DNA of 63,201 nucleotides, the filler included, from Hyphochytrium catenoides (lineage: Eukaryota; Protista; Hyphochytriomycota): assembly GCA_900088475.1 (NCBI GenBank). It is 7 parts of 7 records of this genome, joined end to end, with 100 filler letters (N's around TTAATTAATTAA, not from the genome) between each part and the next. Parts side by side here need not be neighbours in the genome. Positions count along the whole stretch, not along the records: positions 20,586 to 26,649 come from FLMG01001195.1; positions 26,750 to 42,660 come from FLMG01000348.1; 5 more parts are not named here. One strand, written 5' to 3'. A model generated the notes under the pieces. That model saw only the letters and a program-made list of their open reading frames with translations, was not told the origin of the DNA and ran no database searches. Shown here in pieces: positions 24,162 to 37,443 of the stretch. Numbering within the stretch: position 1 is the first letter of the stretch; every line of letters starts with the position of its first letter. A program made the translations under genes and the position numbers.

Positions 24162-26333
24162 ATGCCTCGCGCTCGCCATTCCTTTCCCATTATTCTCCTT
24201 TCATTCATTCTTCTTCTAACAAAGGCCACGGCCAAGGATTCTCTCCTCTCCGTGGATGTCAAAAGAGGAAAGCAATGCTTGTCCTCCGTAGCTGGCAGCG
24301 GAACCTGCGAGGAAGTGACGGCCGAGGAAGAGCCACTGCGAGAGAGGAGGATGGGAGAGGAGGAGGACACGTCCATACACATGGAGGCCTTCTCCCTCCC
24401 TCGCGCTCACATCTTCGTCTTCCCTGAGCTACAGAGCCGGAAGCGGTCAAGAGAGCGAGAAGACGTCAAGCGAGACATTACCGTCGTTACGCAATGCTCT
24501 CGAGACAGGTTCCCGGCGCTTAAAAGCCTTTGTGCAAGGCAAGTCCTCATCTCTCTCCCGGCTCAAGCTCAATCTGTCTCTCTCTACTCTTCCTCTTTCC
24601 GGCTCTGTTCTTTCTTTAAGGGATTGCTGCAGAGCACTCTTGCAGTCAGGCGTAAGCTCCCTCAGCTCTCAGGCCCGAGGCTCGGATATCTATTCTCTTC
24701 TATCCCGCGCTTGTTCCCTGCTCGGAGCAACCTAACCGGCCTTCCCCTCTCCTTACAGGTGGTCCGGACCTATATCAGTTGCAATGCATGTTCCTTCTCT
24801 GGATGAGTTTGCTGCTATCTACAGCGAGGCCCTCAAACTTCACCATTTGGCAGAGGTAAGCAGGAAGAGTAGCGCTTGGCCGGATATCTCGATATGACTG
24901 ATGACATGACGTGAAGAGATAGCATTTAGTGTGCGGGAGAGATACGGAGAGAGAGGAAAGAGAGAGAGAAGAGAGACAGTGACGGACGTTAGCCTGAAAC
25001 ATGTTTGGAAGAAAGAAGTATGAGAGAGCGCAATAAGTCCCTTCTTATATAGCTGTGCTTTCCGTGTTCCGCCTACCTCCTACTCTATCCTCTCCCAGAG
25101 AAGTCGTGAGAGAAGTTCTCAACCTGCATCCTGCCACACTTCAGTGTCTTCTCTGCCCTCTAACAAGTCTGTGCATTTCCTTCAAATCTCTTGCGATGCT
25201 GGGGCACCGCCTGTTCCTCCCATGATTTACCCTATTATGCCTCTCAACTGACCCTTCCGACACCACTTTGTCTTCTGATAATAGGCGACAGAGGACAGTT
25301 GCGCTCTAGATGTCCGGCTAGTTCTGGAGGACCTTCCTACGAGACCAGGAGAGAATAGAACTAAGAGCGCATGGGAAGATGAGCTCAACGACTGGTTCTC
25401 TCTTTATCCCATCAATCAGTTGCGGAACGCTGCCCTCGAGGGGGCTAGGACCGACCATGTCTTTCTTCTAGACATTGATTTCGTTCCGTCTACAGAGTTG
25501 CACGACACGATCAAGAGGTTCCTCTCTGACTATCCCACTCTGACAGAGAGCAAAGTGCTAGTGATCCCTGCTTTTGAGCTCTGGACAGAGAGCATGCCTC
25601 AAGTTGTTGACTACAAGTCTTTAATGGCGCTCGTGGACCAGGAAGCAGTGTCATCCTTCCATGCGTTCTTCTACCCGCCGGGTCATGCGTCGACCAATTA
25701 CTTCAAATGGTACGGTTTCCACTTCCCTCTACTTGCTTTAGTCTATCACCTTGCTCCTATACTCTCGATCAGCTCACTACGGGTGCCTTTCCAATATGCT
25801 CAATGACTCATCTGCAGACATCTCCTCCGCGCAACCTCTTACCCCTCTCGCCTCATTGTCCCCTTTATTCTTCTGTGTAAAGATTGCCCCATTTCGTCGT
25901 CGCTTCGTCCTGTTCACTGCCGCTAATGAGACTCTGGCTCCCTTTCACACCCTGCTTGGCTGTTCTCACGCCTTAATTTAAAAGGTTCACAACCTCTGCG
26001 GCGTACATGATCACGTACAAAGAAGACTATGAACCCTACATTATCGCCAGAAAAGATAAGATTCCCGCTTATGAGGGCCGCTTCAGAGGCTATGCTCTCA
26101 ACAAACAATCCCACATCTACCACACGAGCCAGGTCAGCGTTATGTGCACCAGGGGCCTAGAAGTTCCTTCTATCTCTCGCATCTGCGCTACCGTCACCCT
26201 TTCTCGTTGGGTACTGTTATTTCCTCCGTCCATGCCCGCAGTGGCCGGTCACCTGCTCCGCTTTCCCTATACTTTCTCACGTCACTCAGAGCTTTGAAGT
26301 TTGTGTCTCTCTTTTCTCTGTTCTCTCTCATTT

Positions 26334-26371
<38 letters not shown>

Positions 26372-26649
26372 TTGTCTCTTTTTTCCTAACTGACGTGAGT
26401 CCTATCTTCACCTCTGCAGATGGGCCTAGAGTTCTTAGTCATTCCTCGAAACTTTATTATGGCCAAGTACCATGATCCGTCCAAGTATCACATGAAGTTC
26501 ATGGAAGGAGACATGAAGCAGCGGATGACCCTGCAGACCATTTATGATGAGCTCAGATCTGAAGTGAGTCGCTGGAAGGAGGAGAAAAAGAGAGAGAAGA
26601 ATGGGGGAGTAAGAGTCTCTGAAAAGATGACTCCATGGTACCGGTCATC
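24162..26649 (+). CDS. GT49-family glycosyltransferase (LARGE glucuronyltransferase domain/B4GAT1-like); 3' end truncated at linker
   Basis: Exons 24162-24538 (GC donor), 24759-24855, 25285-25709, 25985-26132, 26420->26649. Motifs DITVVTQCSRDR, WSGPISVA, YPINQLRNAAL, VFLLDIDFVPS, YEPYII, RFRGYALNK. Confidence 0.88.
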
Positions 26650-26983
26650 NNNNNNNNNNNNNNNNNNNNNNNNNNNNNNNNNNNNNNNNNNNNTTAATTA
26701 ATTAANNNNNNNNNNNNNNNNNNNNNNNNNNNNNNNNNNNNNNNNNNNNGAGAGAGAGAGAGAGAGAGGGGAAGGACGAGCGTTAGGACACACTGAGGAG
26801 ACGAGACAAGAAGAGAGAACATGATCTGAGTCAAGGAAAGACAAGAAGAGAAGAGTCTTAGGGTGTATTGCAATATAGCTCAACCTTGTTTTGGGAGAGA
26901 GAGACACAGAAAAAAGGAAAGAGAGAGAGCTAGTGATTCTTGTGTCTCTTCTTCTGTCCCTGTTCTTGTGTCCTGCGTCTTAC

Positions 26984-27340
26984 CATGACAATTTCGAGGA
27001 CATTCTTCACGTCTAATCGCTTCTGAGGATGGATCATCTGGTCATAGCAACGTTCTAGCACTCGAAAGATATGCATGTACTGCACATAGAGACAGCCATA
27101 GTGCGTGAAGGCCTCTGCAATCGAGACAGAGACAGTCTACGGCACGAGAAGACGAGAAGGTGAGAAGAAGGTGAGAGTCCGAAGAAAAGCAGTCTACAGA
27201 GGAAGGATGGAGCAAGACAGGACAGGATAAACCGAGACCATGACAGAGTTACAGCACGAGAGAGAAGAGAAAGGGAAAGAGAGAAACAAGAGCGAGCGAA
27301 CAGAGAGAGAGGAGAGAAAAAAAGAGAGAGAAGGAGAGAA

Positions 27341-27371
<31 letters not shown>

Positions 27372-27802
27372 GAGAGAGAAAGAGAGAGACCGAGAGAGAG
27401 AGAAAAGGAGAAAGAGAGAGAGAGAGAAAGAGAGAGGAGAGAGAGAAAGGAAGAGAGAGACAGAGACAGACAGAGACAGGTACAAATGAGACAGAGAGAA
27501 AGAGAGAGAGAAGAGAGAGAAAGCGAAAGAGAGATTGAGTAGAGAGATGCGGCGTTAGGCAGCGGATGAGAGGACCGCAAAGATTGAGAGAAGCCACATA
27601 CTGAAGGGTGAGGGGTCTGACCCTCGGACAGTCCATAGTTGGGATCCTCCACGTGCACCTGGTCATCCAGCTCACCCATCACCTGCTGCCATTCTCGGTC
27701 GTACGTCCTAGAACGAAGAGAAGACAAGAGGAAAAGAGACCAGTGAGACCACTGAGCTGACACGTCGGTCCAAAACGGTGGAGCATCCTACGCGTTTGCC
27801 AT
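26984..27802 (-). CDS. DRC11: Dynein regulatory complex protein 11 / IQ and AAA domain protein, 5' exons only
   Basis: Exons 27802-27792, 27707-27622, 27114-26984 give MANATYDREWQQVMGEL...LYVQYMHIFRVLERCYDQMIHPQKRLDVKNVLEIVM, matching the IQCA1 N-terminal YDQxxHPQKR motif. Confidence 0.85.
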
Positions 27803-28906
27803 TCTTCCTTAGCAGAGCGCAACCAACGACGGCGCTGACGATCTTCTTCCTTTCACTGCAAGCACTTAAGGGTTAGCGCTCTAAAGCCTTACAGCTCACT
27901 GGAACCATCAGCTCCCGATGACGGACTGGTCTTCGCCTCTTGACCGCTTGTCGTCTATCGTAGCTTGTATGACGATCCAGGCGAGCCTCCTCTGTCTTTC
28001 CAAGCGAAGCCGTCTGTTTAGACGCTCCGACTTCAGCGATGGACTACAACCTCCTAGGCGATTGACAGCTACCGACGTATGGCAAAGTTTGCCGCAAGAA
28101 GAGAGAAATGAGGAGGGAAAGGGAGACAAAGAGAAAGAAAGAGAATAGGGAGAGAGAGAGAAAGAGAAAGAGAAAGAGANNNNNNNNNNNNNNNNNNNNN
28201 NNNNNNNNNNNNNNNNNNNNNNNNNNNGTGAGAGAGACCATCACCTAACATCATCACAAAGGAAACGGAAACGACCAGACGAGCCAGTAACGGCTATCCT
28301 CAATCAGGCTTAGTTATCAACAGCAGAAGACTGATTTCTTTACTGATCTGAACACGACTCCGGTCTTGTCTCTGTCCATTTTCAGTGTAATCCCATAAAA
28401 GATAGCACCATTGTGCGGAGTCTAGGAAATAATCAGATCAAGTGATGGTGCTGGCCTTGATCTTCTGCGCCAGAAGCCCAAGAGCCCAGAGACCGCAAAC
28501 AGAGTTCTGTCTGATCTCTGATCTCCATTGACGCTTGATACTTGCACCGATAGATGGGAAGAAATAGCTGAAGAAAGGCTAAAGCAAAAGAGTTTGCAAG
28601 CAGAACTTAGTGAGTGTCCATAGGTCGAGCAGCTTCGTGTCCATCAGCCTTGACAGCTAACCAAGCTGAGTGTACCAATTTCAGGCTTCGGCTTTGAGAG
28701 GGCTCGTCTTGACACTTCTACAGATAGATCGTGTTGGTTCCAGTTGCTTCTACTTCCTTTGACTCCTCACAAGCCCGGTAATCCATCATCCTAGCAAGGT
28801 ATATCCTCTCGACCATGTAGAAGCGATAGTACTTTGACCTCAAGACTGACAAGGAGTTTTCGCTCACCATGTAGCGCCATTGTACTTGCAAGATACGGTT
28901 ACCATC

Positions 28907-30246
28907 ATGACAGACTCCTGGAGGCAGATCCCTATTGTCTGCCCAGGCCATTCTCGGCCCCTAGCAGAGCTTCAGTACAGTCCGGCCACGCCAGATGGAG
29001 TGTTCCTGATCAGTGGCTGCCTAGGTGAGTGTCTCTTGCCAATGAACCTCAAGGAGCTTTGAAGCACCCTCTCACGCTCAACGAATGTAGATAAAATGCC
29101 AATGTTGCGGCGAGGTGAGAATGGCGACTGGGTAGGAACCTTTGAAGGCCACAAGGTATTCTAGCCTCTCACGATACGGGGGATTGGTGTGCTTTGCACT
29201 ATGAGCACTAAGAGGTTGTCTGTATGATAGGGCGCAGTGTGGTCAGCACAGTTGAACAGCTCGGCAACACAAGCTGCCACCGGGTCAGCAGACTTCACGG
29301 CTAAACTCTGGGATGCCATTACTGGCGACGAACTTCACACTTTCAGTCACAAGCATATTGTCAAGAGCGTGGCCTTTTCACCGGTACACCCCTTTCATCC
29401 TTCTGTCTAATCTTCCTCCTGTTCCCTACGCCTCTCGCTCTCTCTCGATCTACTCTCCCTCTGTTCTCGTTGCAAACTCTCCTCGACCTTGGAACCTCCC
29501 CCATAGCTTATAGGTGTGGGGTTGCTATAGGACGACAAAAAGCTGGCAACAGGCGGCCACGACAAGATTCTCAGAGTATTCGATCTCGGCAGCTTGAGCG
29601 CTGTCAATGAGCTCAACGCGCAGGAAGTTATTCGAAAGGTTGTCTTTGCCGATGAGAACACTCTCATTTCTGGAGGCAGCACCGAGGGTTCAATCAAAGT
29701 GTGGGACCTGCGCACGAATGACACTGTGCACGAGTTCAAGCTGACAGCAGGCGTGATGGATCTGGAAGTATCACAGGACAGAGGCATTTTAACTGCGGCT
29801 GGCGGCAGCTATGTAAGTGCTGTTTATCGGGAAAGCTCACGGCGGGAAAAGCAAGAGTCTTAACTATGTTACCTCTTCCTCAGGTGCATTTCTTTGACAT
29901 CAGCAAAGGATATACAGAAATGTACAAGTACAAGATGCCAATCAACTTCTTAGAGGAAGGGGGAGCGTCACTGCACCCCAGCAAACAGAAGTTTATTGCC
30001 GGAGGGTCCGATCTTTGGGTCCGAGTCTTTGACTTTGAGACTGGAAAGGAACTAGAGTGCCATAAGGGCCATCACGGGCCTGTGCGTTGCCTCAGGTACT
30101 CACCTGGCGGTGAGAGCTTTGCCACGGGGTCCGAGGACGGCACCATCCGTATCTGGCAGACAGAAGCGCGTATAGAAAACACCGGGGTGCCAGTGGTTAG
30201 CGGACCTCTAGAGGCTTCACGAGTGGGAGAGGCAGTCGAAAGTTGA
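28907..30246 (+). CDS. STRAP: Serine-threonine kinase receptor-associated protein (WD40; STRAP/UNRIP)
   Basis: [88 protein letters not shown]; GT-AG introns. Confidence 0.95.
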
Positions 30247-30938
30247 TCGGTAGGCAGCGGTACTGCCAATTCACCGTGTCGTGGACAGTTGTGCGCCAGT
30301 AGTGGTCGCACAGTTTGTTTTAAAGTATAAGAAGGCCCCATAGTCGTTGGGCACCTTGCACAGCCTGCCGTCGCCCTTCTTTCCAGGCTCTCTTCCTCCT
30401 TAAACCTCTCTTCTAGCGCTACCTCTACGTCCTAGCTATAGAGCATCTCGCGTGCCTTCTCAGTCGCTCGTCTGGCTGTTTGCCTAATGTCCCATGACGC
30501 TTGAGTTCCTCTGCCCTCGCTAAGAGCCTCGCCCATTCCCTTCGTCGTTGAGTCCGCGACGTCTGGTTCTGATCGCTGTAATAACCCGGCACGGCACCCG
30601 GGACTCGAGAGGAAGGTCCTAGTCTTATTATCAATGAAAAGCTCGGGATCAGAGGCCGACCCGGGTCAGCTGCCCACACCTGCCATTGAGATGACAGGGC
30701 GAGCGCTTCAGAAGCGAGGACAAGCAAGTGTCCCCGCGGGTCGAAGAGCAAGCGAGAGCAATCGAGCTCCTTAACGGCGCTGTGCAGCCCATCATCATGG
30801 TTCCTTGAAGTCATCCATGGTCATGTCAGAGCCGCCAGCACAGTGCCAGAATGGGAAGAGTTACCTTCTGATGTCTGATCATTCTTAGACTCACAAGCCG
30901 TGGCTGCTGCGCCTCATCAATTTTGCCTCTGCACCGAA

Positions 30939-33840
30939 ATGACGTCGAGGTATGAGCAGCTCGTCCGGCGGCTGTATGAGGTCAACAAGTTCACCGCCGC
31001 CAAGCTCGGGCTAGAGAATACGCGTCGCCTGGACAGAGTGCTTGGCTCTCCATCGACACAGTTTCCCTCCATCCATGTGGCAGGCACTAATGGGAAGGGC
31101 AGTGTGAGCGGGAAGATTGCAAAGGTAATATGGAGGGATGCTTTAGCCAGTCAAGGCCGATACGCAGGGCGCAGAATGTGTGAGGCTATCGTTCGATGCC
31201 CCTCATGTGTCAGAGGTTTGACCGACTTTGCTGTCTGGACAGGCCCTGGAAGCTGCCGAGCTGCGGACTGGTCTGTTCGTCTCCCCACACATCTCATCCT
31301 TCCGAGAGCGCATCCAAATCTCTAGCGCCCTGATCTGTGAGGAGAGGGTGGCCGACATACTCAGTGAGGTCTTTGATGCCACCGAACGGTAAGTTGTACG
31401 GAGGGACTAAAGCCAGGGAACGTAGGCTAAGACAGATCGCACTCAAACCCATTGGTCGCGGGCTGATAAATCACTTGAGAGATACACTGGTGATGGGACA
31501 AGATAGAGTTCTGGCCCGCAGATGGGAGCAAAGGATATATTTGCCTTAGACCAAAGGCGGAGGAAAGCCCCTGTCCATCTCAGTTCTTTCAACAATGCGG
31601 ATAGAAGAGAATCTGGTCACATCTTTATGTTCCACCCCTTTCTCACCACGATGCTCTGGCACTTCTCTTGCCAAACGGTGGCTCTCGATCTTTGATGTTA
31701 GGCACCAGATACCGGCCACATTCTTTGAAATCACCACCGTCGCCGCCTTCAAATACTTCGCTGAGGAGAAGGCAGACGTCGTGGTGCTTGAGACGGGCTT
31801 GGGAGGCCGTCTAGACGCGACCAACATTGTGTCTCCGCTGCTCTCGGTCATCACGTCCATCGGGCTTGATCACACCAAGATTCTAGGTGGCACCATAGAG
31901 GATATTGCGAGAGAAAAGGCGGGGATTATCAAGCCAAAGGTGCCCGTCATTGTCGGTCCCTCTTGTCCTCATGAGGTGATCAAACCGGTGAGAAATCGCT
32001 GAAACCAAAGCGAGAGAGACAGAGAGAGAGAGAGAGGGCGAGCAGATAAGGCTGAAGGTGTGCGTCTGTTAAGATTCTCTTGGGTCCAAGTCCCTGTAGG
32101 TCTGCTTCCTTCCTTCTGTTTCTAACTTCACTCCTTTTGACTTTAGATAGCAGAAAGTCTCGGCGCGAAGTACATCCTAGTGGAAAGCGCTACAAGCCGA
32201 GGGCCCGTAGACTACGATGTTGAGAACTCACAGATAGCAGAGAAGGCTCTTAGGCAGTTGCAACGCAGAGTAAGTAGCCCTGTTAGGGGATAATCAGATA
32301 GGCTGTTTAGAGAGATTCTGCTTCTCGCACCTTCTGTTAGCTAGAACTTTGCATGGCTGAAGTCAGGGCCTTCGACTTCCAGCCTCCTCGTGTACCTCTC
32401 TATCGTCGCTCTCTTTCGCATCCAATTTGCCGTTACTTAGTCCTCTTCTCCGCTTCTAGTTCTCAATTCCTGAGAGTGCCATTGCCTCTGGGATTGGGTC
32501 GCGGCCGCCCTGCCGCTTTGAGAAGCTCCAAGCAACGACTGGAGAGACGGAAGAGGTTGACGTTATACTTGATGTGGCTCACAATCCGCCAGCTATTCAA
32601 CGGCTTCTACAGAAGCTGACTGATAGCTTCCCAGGTGAACGACAGGGGTAATCATGATACTCACCGTGGGGAAGAGATGAGAAACCTATAGTCTGCGAGC
32701 AAGGTGTGAGTGACATCCATAGGAGGCTGGACCATGTTAAGCAAGGATGACCTGCAAACATCGTAGTCAGCTATTAGAAGGAGACGCACTGAGACAGAAA
32801 GAGGCCAGAGATGTCGGGAAGTGCAAGATAGACTAGGAGATCTGCAAGACGGTGTCTTACATCAGCATTTTACCCTGCACGTTGGTCAGGCCGCGGTGTG
32901 ACGATGGTGTTGGGCTTCTCAGCGGATAAAGACATTGACTCTTGTCTGAAAGCCATTCTCACGGTAGGACGACCCATGATTCTCGCTCACCGATCCTCCC
33001 TCTTACACTTGTTCTTGCACCTCCTCCCGCCCTCTATTATCTGGTCTTTCTCTGCGCTATGGGTTCGAGGTTATCCTTCTCTTTTTCTCTCTCTCTCTTC
33101 CTCTCTCTCTTTCAGAACTGTATCTCTCACCGAGCCATTATTGCAGTGCAAAGATGTCAAAAACGTAGTCTTCGCTACGGCTTCTCATCCCCGCTCCGCG
33201 ACGATGGAAGAGCTTCAGCGCAGAGTGGCAATGTTTCCAGAGGCGAAGAGTCTCAGTAAGATTGTTTCACCATATTGTCGTTGAAGCCTCTTTCTCTCCC
33301 GCTCTCTAGTCTGCTGTACGACCTTCACCAAGGCAATAGACTGATAAAGCCTTCTTCCTCTGTAGACCTACAGTTTGGCATCACAAGGGATGGACGTGTG
33401 CATAGCTCTGTCACCTCTGTCGTCAAGGCCGCCCTACAAGGTAAGAAGACCTTCGTCTCCATATGTCCGGGCCATTGTTTTGTTTTACCATCTTCCTCTT
33501 CTGTTGCCCCAAGCCTGCACATCGTCAGGAGACGTTCTCGTTGTCTGTGGAAGCATTTTTCTTATGAGTGAAGCACGCCAAACTTTGGGAGTCGAGGAGC
33601 CGCGGTAAGGTCTTCTGGATTGACATGCGTCTTTCCCACACTCGCCTCGTTGTCTCTTGCTCTTCCCCTTATAGAGCTGCATGCATCCCTCTCTATGCCA
33701 CTCGCTCGACTATGATGGTGTTCAGATCCCCTCACGCTCTTGTCTCCAAACACCCTACTAGGGACTCAGAGCTTTTGAGCCAGCATGTTGGTTCACACTT
33801 TGTAAAGCCGAATCCTCAAGAAGCCATTGCGAGTAGATAG
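30939..33840 (+). CDS. folC: Folylpolyglutamate/dihydrofolate synthase (FolC-type), multi-exon
   Basis: [91 protein letters not shown]. Confidence 0.93.
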
Positions 33841-36800
33841 CAGGAGGAGAGATAATCAAAGTCACCAGGAAGAAACGGAACTCCGCTTTTACCAAGGCAC
33901 ACCGGATGGAGAGAGAGAAAGAGAGAGGGAGAGAGTCTCGTAGAAGATCAAGAGCGCTGTGGGACATTTGCGGGAGGGGATGAGTCCTTTGGCCTCAAAT
34001 GGGAAGTCTCCGACTCAGACCCTTGAGGCTGGAAATGTGGGCTTAAACCCCACCGAGCCGGGTCATCGTATGGGTTTCATTCCCAATCCTCGCATTTTTG
34101 CCAGTCTTCACAAGCTAGAGCCTCAGCTCCTCCCCTTGGCACCCTTCCGTTTTAGGACGCCTTGGACCTGCTAAAGCAGTTCGCTAACTGTTGCCGCGGA
34201 ATGGAGATCTTAGGTACCGCCTGGTGTAGGAGAGTGGGGTCACTAAGGCGTACTTAAAGTACGAGTTTGAGCGGTAGATAACGGGTTTGAGCAGACTAGC
34301 ATACTTCCATGATATTATTAGTTAGGGGGCCGACCCAAGGCGAGGCAGTGGACAGTGATGCCAAGCCGTTCTGCCTAGACATTAAGTAAGAAATTAAGAC
34401 TGTCTGTGCTTCTCGCACAAGGTCCAGCTCTCCTTTATTGATCTTATCTCAGGTCAAAAAAAAGGCAAGCAAGTGAGGGCGCTAATGATGATCGGGGCGA
34501 AGTTCATGAGAGTCAAGAAGAGCTACCACGGGCAAGATTGTGGTGCTACCACTTATAACGCCACACGTAGCCACAAGGTCTTTTCCATATCGCTTGCATA
34601 GGATCCCATGGCGAGACAAATGGTGAGAGAGTCCCTACCACTGGCTTGATATGCGGTTCGGGCTCCTCTTCGCAGCCTCATCAGCATCGCTCCTCCGATT
34701 GAGATAACGACGAAAGGCTGCTTGCTAACAATGGAGCACGCCATAACGGCTAAGGTTCAACCAGACTAGATGGCAGATGAAGGCTGGGGTTAGCGCAATC
34801 GACGGCTCATCCTATCGCTTGCGAGGCGACGCCCTCAAAGCGAGTGCGACGGCGGAAGTTCGCGATCGAGTATCTCCTTTCGCTCCAACAACTATCTGCG
34901 TGCATCATGCGGAAGAAGTACGCCTCAACAACCGTGTTGGAGGTAGACTATCACTGTCGCAAGCTGTCACAAAGACGGCTCGCGACCCACAAATATTTGT
35001 TGGAGCGAAAGGAGATACTCCATCATGATGTGGCGCCAATCATAGACTCCAATACTCGCAGGGGCAGGGCCTTTGCTCTGAAGAAAAGGAGACGACCGAG
35101 CGGCACCATTGACACCAGGCAAGCCAACTCCAAAGAGCGTGTGGCGTTGACCCGGGAGAGGATGAAGAAGGCGAACACTGGCAGAAGCGGCTACGAGCTG
35201 CCCTCATGAAACCTTTTCTTGAACTAAGCAAGGACTTCGCAGCTGCTATGTTTTGTCCCAGAAACGGCTTCGCCTTGGGGAGCAGATAAGTGGTGTCAGA
35301 GTAACTCATTGCCCACGAAATACTGACGTTTTTATTCAATGAAGCTGTCCCACGCGATGGTCTCCCAGCTGAAAAACGGGAGAAGTAGGCCTACTGACCA
35401 GCCGCTACTAGCAGTAGCCGTGACTGTCTTTCCACTTGAATGACACAGTCTTCCAACGCATCAATTTGTCTCCATGTATACCGTCCTCTCTCGTTCGAGT
35501 CATCCTACCGAGATAGGAACTCGTCACGTTAAAAGGAGACAAGAAGTATGAGGACCATTGGCAGCTGCCATTGACATCTCTTGAGCTAACGCTGAGCACT
35601 CGATTTAAGTGGTCAAAGCACCCGTCTGTCTCCTAGGTATACAATGAAGCCGAACACCTTTCGACATACACCGCTCATTCTCCTAGGGTTGGGCCGAGGA
35701 AGTCACCGTACAGTACATAGAGATGCTCAATGTGAGCAGAAGCGGTGCCAAGCTATCAGGAAGATATCTGCCAGAGAAAGAGATGCGAGAGCTATAGCTA
35801 CCTCAAGCTACGCCGCTAAGGAAGGAGAGTGGGGTTGCCACAAAAGAGGCTAGCTAGATTGAAAGGGAAGGGAAGAAAAGGCAAGCTAGAGGACAAGAGA
35901 AGAGCTTAGCTTGAGAGAAAGTGAGAAGAGGCTAGCTAAAAGGGAGAGAAAGGAGGCTAAGCTGAGGGGATACGAAGAGGTTGATGGTAATCACTGGACG
36001 CTACGAGGTCTGCAAGAAAAGAAAGAGTAGCTAGAGCGCAAGAGCAAGCTGGTAAGCTACAGAGGAAAGAAGACCTAGAGCTTATAAAAGAGAGGGCAGA
36101 TGGAGGTTAAGAGAGACAAGTTAGTTTCACAGGAAGGGAAGAAGGCTAAGTGGAGGTGAGGAAACCTCCTTAACCATACGGGAAGGGAAGAGGTTAGCCG
36201 GGCGAGAGAGAAGAATCTAGTGGCCGGAGAGGAAGAGAAGAGGTGAGCCGTTGCGGGGAGTGAGGGCTGCTAGGCAGTCTAGCTAGCCCAGAAGTGAAGG
36301 GAAAGGTAAGGTAGCGATGACCAAAGGCTGTGAATCTGATGTGATTGAATCGTAAGCGTGACAGTGAATGCACAGCCTAATTTCCCAGAGCACCTGCTGA
36401 CTGAAGAGAGCCCGAAACGATCTCCATCGAGATCGATCTCTTAGCTGAGCTCAACGATGACGGGCGCCAAAAGATAGCTTCAAGGACCTCAGATAAGCAG
36501 GCGGAGAAAGGCTCTGCATAAAGAGTTCTGAAGCTCTGACAGAGCTTTCCACGGAGATCTGAAGCCCGCGAAAGGAGATTCAAAACTCACACGACTGTCA
36601 GAACTCTAGACTGGCATTATTTAGAATATACCCTTCTTTTTGAGACGTTTATGGGAATAAAGCCCAGCCCTTTGAATGAGGCACTATACTCCGAGAGATG
36701 GCGTCCGAGTACTCGATAGGGGAATCAAGAGACAGTGAATAACGACGCTGAGAATTAGTAAACGGTTTTCGGAGTAGGATGGGGTCCAGTGGATCATGGA

Positions 36801-36874
36801 CTGATACAGGAAAGCAAAATGAGTGGCCGCACTGTTCTGCTCGCTTAGTGCTCTCTCTCTCTTCTCTCTCTCTC

Positions 36875-36907
<33 letters not shown>

Positions 36908-37259
36908 TCCTCTCTCTCTTCTCTCTCTCTCTCTCGCGCGCGCTCTCTCTCTCTCTCTCTCTCTCGCTCTCCCTCTCTCTCTCTCACGCTCTCTCTCCCT
37001 CTCTCTCTCTCGCTCTCACTCTTGCTCTCGCTCTCATTCGCTCTCTCGCTCTCACTCACTCTTCCTGCCTCTCTCTTTCGTTCTCTCTCTCTCTTTCTCT
37101 CTCTCTTCTTTCCCCCTTCAGATGCCCTTGTCTGGCGCTGCTGGTCGCCGCTGCTGCCGCCGCCGCCCTCCGTTTCCCTCTGTCACTCGCCTCTTTGCGT
37201 TCCTTCAGCCTCCTCTCCGGTGGTGGTCGAAGGCTCGACCTCTTCTTCCCCTTTCTCTA

Positions 37260-37306
37260 TAATAAAAAACCCATAAAAATCGAAAAATCTGAAAAATCTC
37301 TGAAGC
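37260..37306 (+). promoter_or_regulatory. A-rich tract in the probable PABP 5' UTR (candidate autoregulatory element)
   Basis: AATAAAAAACCCATAAAAATCGAAAAATCTGAAAAATCTC, about 140-180 nt upstream of the PABP ATG, in an otherwise CT-rich context. Confidence 0.5.
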
Positions 37307-37443
37307 ANNNNNNNNNNNNNNNNNNNNNNNNGTATATCTCAACGGCAGCGGCAGAGAGATTCTTCCGTCAGCACTTTTCCTGTCTCTTCGACTTTTTGCA
37401 TCTCTGTCAGAGAGACTTATCTCTTTATAACTCTTAAGGAAGA

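Noticed and set aside
34500-35650. Coding-like complex sequence between folC and PABP
   Set aside because: No consistent exon chain or recognisable motif found by eye.
36649-37437. Long ORFs rich in ER or SL repeats (many across the window)
   Set aside because: Translations of stop-free (AG)n/(CT)n microsatellites.
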